Below, piece by piece: positions 34,684-43,624 of a stretch of 64,000 bases of DNA. Both the position numbers and the translations under genes were made by a program. The stretch covers positions 608,001 through 672,000 of the forward strand of contig OY729426.1 of assembly GCA_963422365.1 (NCBI GenBank), in the 5' to 3' direction. The notes below the pieces were generated by a model. It was not told the DNA's origin. It saw nothing but the letters and a program-made list of their open reading frames with translations, and searched no databases. The DNA is from Nitrospirales bacterium. Its GTDB lineage: Bacteria > Nitrospirota > Nitrospiria > Nitrospirales > UBA8639. Within the stretch, counting starts at the first letter, position 1; each line of letters opens with the position of its first letter.

Positions 34684-35319
34684 GTGAATGCCACTCAATA
34701 CCCCGTCTTCACCGTCGGCCACTCCAACCATTCGCCGGAAGCGTTCATCAAACTCCTCCGGCGGCACGGCGTGGCTGGAGTGGCCGATGTTCGCTCGTTC
34801 CCGTACAGCCGCTCTACTCCCCATTTCAATCATGAGAACTTGAGACGGCTGCTGGACGACGTGGACATTGCCTACACGTTCCTGGGCGGGGAACTGGGTG
34901 GCCGGCCGGCTGACCGTTCCTGCTACGACGCCAACTGGCGAGTTCTGTACGACCGGGTAATGGACACCGACCCGTTCGATGACGGCATCCGTCGTGTCAT
35001 CCGGAGCGCCGACGAGCATCGTGTCGCCCTCCTGTGTACCGAGAAAGAGCCGCTCGAATGCCACCGCACATTGTTGATTGCCAGGGTCCTTACAGAACGC
35101 GGCGTTGCCGTTGAACATATTCTCGCCGACGGCCGTCTGGAAAATCACGACACCGCCACGGAGCGGCTGCTGGACATGTTCAAGTTGCCCCACAACGGCG
35201 ATCTGTTCCGTTCCGGAAGCAACGTCATGGCCGATGCACTGACCCGTCAGGCACAGAAAGTGGCCTACATCGGTGAAAAGCCGCCCGTTTACGGTGACAG
35301 ATGGGGAAACGTATCGTGA
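34684..35319 (+). CDS. DUF488 family protein
   Basis: TVGHSNH, DVRSFPYS, ELGGR and LLCTEKEPLECHR motifs. Confidence 0.88.
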   Translation: MNATQYPVFTVGHSNHSPEAFIKLLRRHGVAGVADVRSFPYSRSTPHFNHENLRRLLDDVDIAYTFLGGELGGRPADRSCYDANWRVLYDRVMDTDPFDDGIRRVIRSADEHRVALLCTEKEPLECHRTLLIARVLTERGVAVEHILADGRLENHDTATERLLDMFKLPHNGDLFRSGSNVMADALTRQAQKVAYIGEKPPVYGDRWGNVS

Positions 35320-35750
35320 AGGTGTACACCATCGGCTTCACCAAAAAATCCGCCGCCGATTTTTTTGAACGGCTCTGGGAGTCTGGGGCGAAACGCGTGG
35401 TGGACGTCCGGCTGAACAACGTCTCACAGATGGCGGGCTTTGCCAAGAAAGGCGACCTGGAGTATTTTCTGAACAAAATTTGCCGAATGAAATACGTCCA
35501 CGTACCGGAACTGGCGCCCACCAAAGAGATGCTGACCGCGTATCGCAACGAGCATCACGACTGGGCAACCTACGAACGCCAGTTCCTTGCCCTTATGGAC
35601 GAGCGGCGCATTGGGAAAAATGGCATAAAAAAGACAATCTCCAGCGGATGCCTGCTCTGCAGCGAGGACAAACCTCACCATTGTCATCGCCGGCTGGTGG
35701 CGGAATATGTACAAACAACGTGGAGGGACGTGGAGATCATTCATCTATAG
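35316..35750 (+). CDS. DUF488 family protein (short subtype)
   Basis: YTIGFTKKSA, DVRLNN, LAP and LLCSEDKPHHCHR motifs. Confidence 0.88.
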   Translation: MKVYTIGFTKKSAADFFERLWESGAKRVVDVRLNNVSQMAGFAKKGDLEYFLNKICRMKYVHVPELAPTKEMLTAYRNEHHDWATYERQFLALMDERRIGKNGIKKTISSGCLLCSEDKPHHCHRRLVAEYVQTTWRDVEIIHL

Positions 35751-35888
35751 GCAGCCTGTATCTGGGGTGGACGGTGTCTCGGATGGCCGGTCGCTCCTTC
35801 GTTCGCGGGAATTGAATTCCGAGAGTGTCAAGGAAGGTGCCCGGTATTTTATTGTGTTGTCTGTTTCTTGAATAAGGAGGTTTTTGTC

Positions 35889-36128
35889 ATGGATATGTTT
35901 GGGAAGATTCCCCTCATTGAAATTCCGGTCCACGTGACCCCGGACCAAAAAAAATGGCTGGACAAAATGGTGGAAGAAGGCCGGATTGCGGTCCCTCCCG
36001 GCGGGACATTGGAAAAAGGTTCTGTGATTTCGATGTTTCTTCGGCTGTTGATTCACAACGCCATGGAAGAGCAGATGCGGCAAGCCGCGCTGGAAGCCGA
36101 AGAGGAGGACGATGATGACGATGAATAA
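35889..36128 (+). CDS. Small hypothetical protein with acidic tail
   Basis: Strong SD (aaggagg) upstream; host-like codon pattern. Confidence 0.65.
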   Translation: MDMFGKIPLIEIPVHVTPDQKKWLDKMVEEGRIAVPPGGTLEKGSVISMFLRLLIHNAMEEQMRQAALEAEEEDDDDDE

Positions 36129-36168
36129 AGCAGGGGAATCCTTCATACCCCACGATGAACGATGAACC

Positions 36169-39100
36169 ATGGCGAAGCCGACAAAGCACGCCAAGCGGGA
36201 CATCGAGACTTACGCACACACCGGCAAAAAGCGCGTGAACAACCCGCCGGTCGGTCTGGTGACGCCGGATACGGACCTGGACGCGGGAAAGAAGACCTAC
36301 GCCCACGACCCCCATCTTGACCCGCAACTGCAATGGGCCGGCAAGTCGGACCAGACGTCCTTTGACGTGCCGACGGTCTCGCTTCACGTCCACGAACGGA
36401 TCGACCCGCGCACGATCGTCGAAGCCGTGCGAAAGCGTAACGGCCCGTCTGCCGGCCAGGCAGGCGCGGAACCGCAGCTCTCGTTGTTTGCCGCACCCGA
36501 AGAAAACCCACCGATCCGCCAGGCCATCGAGTTCTACAAACACCGACACAACTGGACCAACCGCCTGATCGCCGGTGACAGCCTGCTCGTCATGAACAGC
36601 CTGCTTGAGAAGGAAGGCATGGGTGGGAAAGTGCAGATGGTCTATCTTGACCCGCCTTACGGCATCCGCTATGGCTCAAACTTCCAGCCATTCGTCAACC
36701 GGCGCGAGGTCATCGACGGCAGGGACGAGGACCTGACCGGCGAGCCAGAGCAGATCCGCGCCTTCCGCGACACCTGGGAACTCGGCATCCACTCCTACCT
36801 CGCTTACCTGCGTGACCGCCTGCTGCTGGCGCGGGAACTACTGACCGAAACCGGCAGTGTTTTCGTGCAGATCGGCGACGAGAACGTGCATCGGGTGGGC
36901 ATGGTGATGGACGAGATCTTCGGCGCAGGGAACCGCATGGCAACGATTTCCTACGCCACGACCGGCGGTAGTTCAGCCAACACATTGCCACAGGTCGCCG
37001 ACTATCTGCTCTGGTACGCCAAGGATCGTCAGCAGGTGAAGTATCGACAGCTTTATGAACCGCTGACGCGGGCGGAAATCGTCGAACAGATGAATTGGGA
37101 CGCCATGGTCGAACTTGAAGATGGCGTGTGCCGCGCTCTGACGCGCGAGGAAAGAGTCGATCCGGACAGGTATCTCCCTAAAGGCGCGCGCTTGTATCAG
37201 CGGGCCATGCTCACCTCTCAAGGTGAATCCCAGACGGGAAGGTCGGAACTCTACGAAGTCGGAGGGAGGACATATATCTGTCAGAGGAATCAGCAATGGC
37301 GGGTCGGCAAGGCAGGTCTTGACCGGCTATACGAGATCGGGCGCTTGGATCTCAGCGGGCAGCACAAGAGACTGGCTTGGAAGCATTACGAAGACGAGAT
37401 CCCAGGAAAGCGTTTGAACAACGTATGGGCCGATCTGGCTCGTCCTATGGACAAACGCTATGTCGTCCAGACCGCCCCGAAGACCATCCAGCGCGCCATC
37501 CTGATGACCACCGACCCGGGCGATCTGGTCTTCGACCCGACTTGCGGCTCCGGCACCACGGTGCACGTCGCCGAGCAGTGGGGCCGGCGCTGGATTGCCT
37601 GCGACACCTCGCGCGTGGCCGTCGCCATCACCCGGCAACGGCTGATGACAGCCCACTTCGACTATTACGAACTTGCCCATCCCGATGAAGGCGTCGGTGC
37701 CGGGTTCCGCTGCCGCAGCGTGGCCACTGTCTCGGCGCGCACCCTCGGCTACGACGAGCCGCCCAACAAGACGATCCTCTACGACCAGCCGCACCTCGAC
37801 CGCAAGAAGACCCGCGTCACCGGACCGTTCACCGTCGAGGCCGTGCCCGCACCCGCAGTGAAAGCCCTGGACGAGATTGTTGACCCTCACCCCGACCCTC
37901 TCACGGAGGGAGAGAGAGAAAAAAGGGAACGCTCTCAAGGGCGGGGGATGAATGCGGACGCCGACCTGTCCATTGCCCGCTCCGGCGAAACCCTGCGGCA
38001 GAGCGACTGGCGCGACGAACTGCTGAAAACCGGCATCCGCGGCAAGGCCGGCCAGCGCATCTCCTTCGCCAGGCTAGAGCCAATGCCGGCCACGCGGTGG
38101 CTGCACGCCGAGGGCGAAACCCGACCGGACGATTCAGGGGCGAACGAGGTCCGCGAGCCCGCCACCGCCTACAACCCCGAGCGCGTGGCGGTCTCCTTCG
38201 GGCCGGAGCACGCGCCCCTGGAGCAACGCCAGGTCGCCCGCGCCATCGAAGAGGCGCAGAGCCTTGTCCCGAAGCCGAAGATCATCGTCTTCGCCGCCTT
38301 CCAGTTCGATCCGGAGACGGCCAAGGACATCGACGAGACCCACTGGCCGGGCGTCACGCTGCTCAAGGCGCAGATGAACGCCGACCTGTTGACCGGCGAC
38401 CTCAAGAAGAAACGCGCCAGCAACGAGAGCTTCTGGCTGATCGGCCAGCCGGACGTGGCGGTTTCGAGTTTCGAGTTTGTCGTTTACGGTAAAGGCAAGG
38501 ACAGGATTGCTGAATATGGAACGTTCAAGAAGCTATCGGGACTTGATTGTCTGGAAGAAATCAATCGACTTGATTGGCAAGGTCTATGCCTCTACGCGCT
38601 CCTTTCCCAGGGAAGAGATCTATGGCATTATCTCGCAGATACGCAGGGTTGGGATTTCGATAGCGGCCAATATCGCGGAAGGCCAAGCCAGAAACACGAG
38701 CGGGGAGTTCCGGCAGTTTCTTGGAATAGCCCGGGGATCGTTGGCGGAATTGGAGACGTTGCCGACGATCTCGTAGAATTCGGGATATTCGACCTCGCCG
38801 GATGCCGAAGGGTTATTGAGCGACTGCGAGGAGATCCCCAGGTTGTTGGCAGGCTTGCAGAAATCGCTCAAGCCCTGAACTTCCCCATCACTCCCCACAC
38901 TAACAACTACCGGCTCGAGACTCAAAATCTGCACAGCGTCGCCGTGCACGGCTTCGACTACTACAACACCAAGACCGGCAACGTGGAATCCGGCGGTGCG
39001 GACAGGATCGCCCTGTGGATGCTCGACCCGGACTACGACGGCCGCAGCCTGTTCCCCCGCCAGGTCTTCTTCCCCATGGCCGGTGCGCAGGACGGCTGGG

Positions 39101-39264
39101 CAAGGCTCGCCCGCAACCTCAAGGCGGAGATTGATATGGACCTGATCGAGACGTATCGCGGCGCCGTCTCACTGCCCTTCGAGGCGGGCGAACATAAACG
39201 CGTCGCCGTCAAGATAGTCGACGACCGGGGCATCGAGAGCTTGAAGATCGTGGAGGTGGGATGA
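36169..39264 (+). CDS. Type III-like RM DNA methyltransferase (Mod) carrying in-frame insertions
   Basis: YLDPPY catalytic motif, DPTCGSGTT SAM-binding motif, C-terminal VKIVDDRGIE; upstream of a Res gene. Confidence 0.9.
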   Translation: MAKPTKHAKRDIETYAHTGKKRVNNPPVGLVTPDTDLDAGKKTYAHDPHLDPQLQWAGKSDQTSFDVPTVSLHVHERIDPRTIVEAVRKRNGPSAGQAGAEPQLSLFAAPEENPPIRQAIEFYKHRHNWTNRLIAGDSLLVMNSLLEKEGMGGKVQMVYLDPPYGIRYGSNFQPFVNRREVIDGRDEDLTGEPEQIRAFRDTWELGIHSYLAYLRDRLLLARELLTETGSVFVQIGDENVHRVGMVMDEIFGAGNRMATISYATTGGSSANTLPQVADYLLWYAKDRQQVKYRQLYEPLTRAEIVEQMNWDAMVELEDGVCRALTREERVDPDRYLPKGARLYQRAMLTSQGESQTGRSELYEVGGRTYICQRNQQWRVGKAGLDRLYEIGRLDLSGQHKRLAWKHYEDEIPGKRLNNVWADLARPMDKRYVVQTAPKTIQRAILMTTDPGDLVFDPTCGSGTTVHVAEQWGRRWIACDTSRVAVAITRQRLMTAHFDYYELAHPDEGVGAGFRCRSVATVSARTLGYDEPPNKTILYDQPHLDRKKTRVTGPFTVEAVPAPAVKALDEIVDPHPDPLTEGEREKRERSQGRGMNADADLSIARSGETLRQSDWRDELLKTGIRGKAGQRISFARLEPMPATRWLHAEGETRPDDSGANEVREPATAYNPERVAVSFGPEHAPLEQRQVARAIEEAQSLVPKPKIIVFAAFQFDPETAKDIDETHWPGVTLLKAQMNADLLTGDLKKKRASNESFWLIGQPDVAVSSFEFVVYGKGKDRIAEYGTFKKLSGLDCLEEINRLDWQGLCLYALLSQGRDLWHYLADTQGWDFDSGQYRGRPSQKHERGVPAVSWNSPGIVGGIGDVADDLVEFGIFDLAGCRRVIERLRGDPQVVGRLAEIAQALNFPITPHTNNYRLETQNLHSVAVHGFDYYNTKTGNVESGGADRIALWMLDPDYDGRSLFPRQVFFPMAGAQDGWARLARNLKAEIDMDLIETYRGAVSLPFEAGEHKRVAVKIVDDRGIESLKIVEVG
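38461..38928 (+). mobile_element. Intervening-sequence-like insert containing a four-helix-bundle gene (38516-38878, internal TAG at 38774) in the +1 frame of mod
   Basis: SYRDLIVWKKS...FPREEIYG..SQIRR..SIAANIAEG..R...F.QFL.IARGSLAELET; 7-nt-periodic complementary flanks. Confidence 0.8.
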
Positions 39265-40076
39265 TGAAGATGATGAACAAAGCAAAAGCTATCGAACGCC
39301 TGGGGAAGGTACTGAATGAAGTACCGGAATTGAAGAAAATATCCAATTCACCCCAATTCGATAAATGGCTCAGAAATGCACAGCTAGCCATTACGAATAC
39401 GTTTGGAAACGAGTCACGCCACATTACGGATTTCAACGAGGCGATAGAATCACTGAATCCAGCACTGGGTCTATTTACGCACGACTCTGAATTCCAAGCG
39501 TATATTAGAGGATTGGAGCGTGCTGCGGCCATTCTCGAATCAATGATCGAAGAGATCGGGGAATACTGGGAGGAAGGCGAAAAATCATCCGGCGTTTCCA
39601 ATCCAGAAGTCGAGATTCCCGAAAATACGAATAAGGTCTTCATTATTCATGGCCGTGACGAAGCGGCACGAGAAACAGTTGCGAGATTCCTGGAAAACCT
39701 CAAACTCGAACCAGTTATCCTCCACGAACAACCGAACAAGGGCCGCACGATCATCGAGAAGTTCGAGGCTTATGCAGGGGTCGGCTTCGCTGTAGTTCTG
39801 TTAACACCGGACGACAAGGGCAATCTTCGCGATGATCAATCCAAGGGCAATCTTCGTGCACGGCAGAATGTCGTTTTCGAGTTCGGATATTTCATCGGAA
39901 AACTCGGCCGGGGAAAGGTCTGCGCCTTGGTGAAGGGCGACATCGAAAAACCTTCGGATTACGACGGTGTTCTTTATATTCCCATGGACGATAAGGGCGC
40001 GTGGAAAATGGAACTCTTTCGGGAACTGAAAGACGCTGGATTCGATATCGACACGAATCGGACGTTCGAGCTATGA
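39261..40076 (+). CDS. TIR-like nucleotide-binding protein (Cap12/Pycsar-type TIR domain)
   Basis: KVFIIHGRD, TIIEKFE, LLTPDD, RARQNVVFEFGYF and PSDYDG motifs. Confidence 0.88.
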   Translation: MMKMMNKAKAIERLGKVLNEVPELKKISNSPQFDKWLRNAQLAITNTFGNESRHITDFNEAIESLNPALGLFTHDSEFQAYIRGLERAAAILESMIEEIGEYWEEGEKSSGVSNPEVEIPENTNKVFIIHGRDEAARETVARFLENLKLEPVILHEQPNKGRTIIEKFEAYAGVGFAVVLLTPDDKGNLRDDQSKGNLRARQNVVFEFGYFIGKLGRGKVCALVKGDIEKPSDYDGVLYIPMDDKGAWKMELFRELKDAGFDIDTNRTFEL

Positions 40077-40384
40077 CCGTGCGTATCCAGATACCCTCCG
40101 ACCTGATCGCCGCCTTTTGACAACGTTGGCGGATTACGCGCCTTGAACTCTTCGGGTCCGTGTTGCGCAAGGATTTCGGTCCGAACAGCGATGTGGACGT
40201 GTTGGTCAGTTTCGAAGAAGATGTCAAGCACACGCTGTTCGATTTGGATGACATGGAACTGGAATTGAAGGAGATATTCGGTCGCGAAGTTGATCTGGTC
40301 AGTAGGCGGGTGGTTGAAGCGAGCCTCAACTATTTGCGCAGAAACAGCATTTTGAAATCTGCCCAGGTGATCCATGGATCATGA
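40073..40384 (+). pseudogene. MNT nucleotidyltransferase antitoxin with premature stop
   Basis: TGA at 40118; LFGSVLR.DF...SDVDVLV motif. Confidence 0.8.
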
Positions 40385-40747
40385 CGCGCCACATATTCTG
40401 GACATCATCAGGTCCGCACGATTGATCGGGGCCTATCTCGAGGGTGTCTCGCGGGAAAATTTCATGCGGAACGTGCAGTTGCAGGATTCCGTCATTCGAC
40501 GTATCGAAATTATCGGTGAGGCGGCGGGGCGGCTTTTTCGGCGCCATTTCGGCAGAGACATACGGCAATTCCGTGGGGTCGGATGATTGGAATGCGTAAC
40601 CGCATGATTCACGTGTACGATGGAATCGATATGGCTCTCGTGTGGACTACAGCTCGTAAGCCAATCCCTGAATTGCTGACGCTAGTTGAGCCTCTGGCGT
40701 CACCGGAACCCAGCCCATCGCCGGGAAGCGAGCAGGGGAACGGCTGA
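40374..40747 (+). pseudogene. HepT/DUF86 HEPN toxin, frameshifted
   Basis: QDSVIRRIEIIGEAA, then IPW..MIGMRNRMIHVY in another frame. Confidence 0.82.
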
Positions 40748-40750
40748 CTG

Positions 40751-43561
40751 ATGGCGCAAACGACCATCGACAGGCTGATCATCAACTCGCCCTACGAAGA
40801 ACCGGCGCGGCACTGGAGTTATGACATCGAGAAGCGTGCTTTCTCTCTCGCGGAGGGTCGCCGGCAGGCCGGATACATCGTCGCGTCGGAAGGCTCCAGG
40901 ACCTTCGACGACCCCGGTAGATTCGTCGAAATCCCTTTGGTCAATCTGATTCGGCCGCGGGTGCGAGCATGGCGCGAAACGGGATATCCGGGCGTGACGG
41001 GAATCACCAAGCGACTGCTGGAGCAGTGGCGGGACCCGGAGGAGTTCGATAGCCGCCGGTTGTTCTTCTGTCAATTGGAGGCCGTCGAGACGCTGATCTG
41101 GCTTGCGGAAGCGCCAGCGGCCGATAAGGTCGGCGTGGAGATTCCTTCCGACGGCGGAACATTTGAACGCCTGTGCGCCAAGATGGCGACCGGCTCCGGC
41201 AAGACCGTCGTCATGGCCATGGTCATGGCCTGGCATATCCTGAACAAGGTCGCCTATCCACAAGATACCCGGTTTGCCAAGAACGCTCTGGTCATCGCCC
41301 CCGGCCTGACGGTCAGGAACCGTCTCGCTGTTCTGGCACCATCCCATCCTGAAAACTACTACGACGCCTTCCGCATCGTGCCGTCGTCCCTGCTCGACAA
41401 GCTCCGCCAAGGCAAGGTCGTGGTCCGCAACTGGCACGCGCTCAACTGGGAAACCGAGGAGAAGATCAAGGGGAAACGCAGCGTGGACAGGCGCGGCGCC
41501 AAGAGTGACGCGGCCTATGTCCTCGATGTCCTAGGCGAGATGGCCAGCGCCCGCAACCTCCTCGTCATCAACGACGAGGCGCACCACGCATGGCGCGTTC
41601 CCCCTGAGTCGAAGGTTCGGGGCGTTGCGAGGGGCGCGATCGAGGAGGCCACCAAGTGGGTGGGCGGCCTCGATCGGATCAACAAGGCACGCGGCATTCT
41701 CGCCTGTTACGACTTCTCCGCCACGCCGTTCGCTCCTTCGGGTAAACGGAGCTCGGAGGAGTCCCTGTTCGGCTGGATCGTGAGCGACTTCGGGCTGAAC
41801 GACGCCATCGAGTCCGGCTTGGTCAAGACCCCGCGCGTGGTCATTCGCGACGACGCGGTGCCGGACGCCAAAACCTATAAATCACGCCTCTACCACATCT
41901 ACAACGATGCGGAAGTCAAGAACGACCTGAACCGCCCGGCCGAAGCCACCGACCCCCTGCCGGACCTCGTGATCAACGGCTACCACCTGCTCGGCTACGA
42001 CTGGCGCGAGACGGCGAAGGACTGGAGCGAGAAGGGATTCCGAATCCCGCCGGTCATGATCACCGTTGCGAACCGCACGGAGACCGCGGCTCGGATCAAG
42101 TATGCGTTCGATCACAACAAGGTCCACATCAAGGAGCTTTGTGACTCGGAGCGCACCCTGCACATCGACTCCAAGGTACTGGGTCAAGCCGAAGCCGCCG
42201 AGGAACCGATCGCAGAAATCGGCGTCGGCGAAAGTGCGAAAGACGAGGACGACGGCCAAGATCACAACGTGACCAGGAAACAGCAAGCGGAGCGACTGCG
42301 CTTGCAGGTGGACACCGTGGGCCAGCCCGGAAAGAAGGGCGAGCAGATCCAGAAGGTGATTTCCGTCGGGATGCTGTCCGAGGGTTGGGACGCAAAGACC
42401 GTGACCCACATCATGGGCTTGCGAGCCTTCACCAGCCAGTTACTCTGCGAGCAGGTCGTCGGACGCGGCCTGCGCCGAACCTCCTACGAGGTCAACCCTG
42501 ACACCGGCTTGTTCGAAACGGAGTACGTCAACATTTTCGGCGTGCCTTTCACGTTCCTGCCGCATGAGTCTGCGGAAGGCGTCATCCCTGAACCGCCGAA
42601 GCCGAAGACGGCTATCGAGCCGGTAACGGACAAAGCGGCGTTTGAAATTTCGTGGCCGAACGTGATCCGCATAGACCACGTCTACCACCCGCACCTTTCC
42701 CTGGATTGGCAAACAGTGAAGCCCCTGGAGCTTGACGCCAGCCAGACGGCCAAGATCGCGGAGATTTCCCCCATCGTCGATGGCAGAACGGACGTGACGA
42801 AGATCGAGGCCATACACTTGGAGAATCTGGCGCGGGAGTTCCGCACGCAGCGGATCATCTTCGAGACCACGCGGGACGTGTACGATCAAATGCAGGAGAA
42901 CTGGCGTGGCGGCAGAGCATTCCTGCTGGCCCAACTGGTGCGGCTGGTCGAGCAGTTCATCCTGTCGGATCGCATCAACGTCAGTCCCGCACTGTTCGTT
43001 CGCGACGATCTCAAGCGCCGCCTCATCATCACGCTCAACATGACCAAGGTGGTCCAACACATCTGGGAAGCGATTCGCTTCGACAACACCGAGAAGCTGG
43101 AACCGGTGTTCGACCGGGACCATCCCATCCGCTCAACCGGCGACGTGGGGACGCGGTACACCGGCAAGCCCTCCGAGCACACCGTGAAAAGCCACATCAA
43201 TTTCTGTGTCTATGACAGCACGTGGGAGGCATCTGAAGCCTTCGAGCTTGATCGCAACCCCGCAGTGGCGGCCTGGGTCAAGAACGATCACCTCGGCTTT
43301 GAGGTGCTCTACCTCTATCGCGGCGTGGTGAGGAAGTACCGTCCCGACTTTCTCATCCGGCTCAGGTCGGGTGACATGTTGGTCTTGGAAACCAAGGGCC
43401 GCGACAGCGATCAGGATCGAACCAAACGCCGGTTCCTCGACGAATGGGTCAACGCCGTGAACGCGCGTGGCGGCTTCGGTCGCTGGACCTGGGACGTGTC
43501 CACGGCTCCTGGCGACATCCAGGATATCCTTGCGCGACATTCGTGCGAGACCGCCGCGTGA
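40751..43561 (+). CDS. Type III-like restriction endonuclease/helicase (Res)
   Basis: MATGSGKT, NDEAHH, MLSEGWD, QVVGRGLR; C-terminal YRPDF...LETKG nuclease motif. Confidence 0.9.
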   Translation: MAQTTIDRLIINSPYEEPARHWSYDIEKRAFSLAEGRRQAGYIVASEGSRTFDDPGRFVEIPLVNLIRPRVRAWRETGYPGVTGITKRLLEQWRDPEEFDSRRLFFCQLEAVETLIWLAEAPAADKVGVEIPSDGGTFERLCAKMATGSGKTVVMAMVMAWHILNKVAYPQDTRFAKNALVIAPGLTVRNRLAVLAPSHPENYYDAFRIVPSSLLDKLRQGKVVVRNWHALNWETEEKIKGKRSVDRRGAKSDAAYVLDVLGEMASARNLLVINDEAHHAWRVPPESKVRGVARGAIEEATKWVGGLDRINKARGILACYDFSATPFAPSGKRSSEESLFGWIVSDFGLNDAIESGLVKTPRVVIRDDAVPDAKTYKSRLYHIYNDAEVKNDLNRPAEATDPLPDLVINGYHLLGYDWRETAKDWSEKGFRIPPVMITVANRTETAARIKYAFDHNKVHIKELCDSERTLHIDSKVLGQAEAAEEPIAEIGVGESAKDEDDGQDHNVTRKQQAERLRLQVDTVGQPGKKGEQIQKVISVGMLSEGWDAKTVTHIMGLRAFTSQLLCEQVVGRGLRRTSYEVNPDTGLFETEYVNIFGVPFTFLPHESAEGVIPEPPKPKTAIEPVTDKAAFEISWPNVIRIDHVYHPHLSLDWQTVKPLELDASQTAKIAEISPIVDGRTDVTKIEAIHLENLAREFRTQRIIFETTRDVYDQMQENWRGGRAFLLAQLVRLVEQFILSDRINVSPALFVRDDLKRRLIITLNMTKVVQHIWEAIRFDNTEKLEPVFDRDHPIRSTGDVGTRYTGKPSEHTVKSHINFCVYDSTWEASEAFELDRNPAVAAWVKNDHLGFEVLYLYRGVVRKYRPDFLIRLRSGDMLVLETKGRDSDQDRTKRRFLDEWVNAVNARGGFGRWTWDVSTAPGDIQDILARHSCETAA

Positions 43562-43624
43562 ACATCCAAGCGACTGGCGGAGCATTTGTCGCGGGCTGTG
43601 GCGCTGTTCGCCCTTCCCCGGTGA

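Noticed and set aside
38461..38928. Intein or group I/II intron in mod
   Set aside because: No C/S...HN intein termini and no recognisable intron boundary motifs or intron-encoded RT/homing nuclease.
39815..39857. 15-nt direct repeat (caagggcaatcttcg) in the TIR-like gene
   Set aside because: Small in-frame duplication in a probable loop.
8677..40120. Recurrent in-frame TGA in PIN, dual-OB and MNT genes, suggesting stop-codon recoding or selenocysteine
   Set aside because: The positions appear to correspond to different residues (likely Leu, Gly, Cys), TAA/TAG lesions also occur, and core genes such as argF and argG end in TGA.
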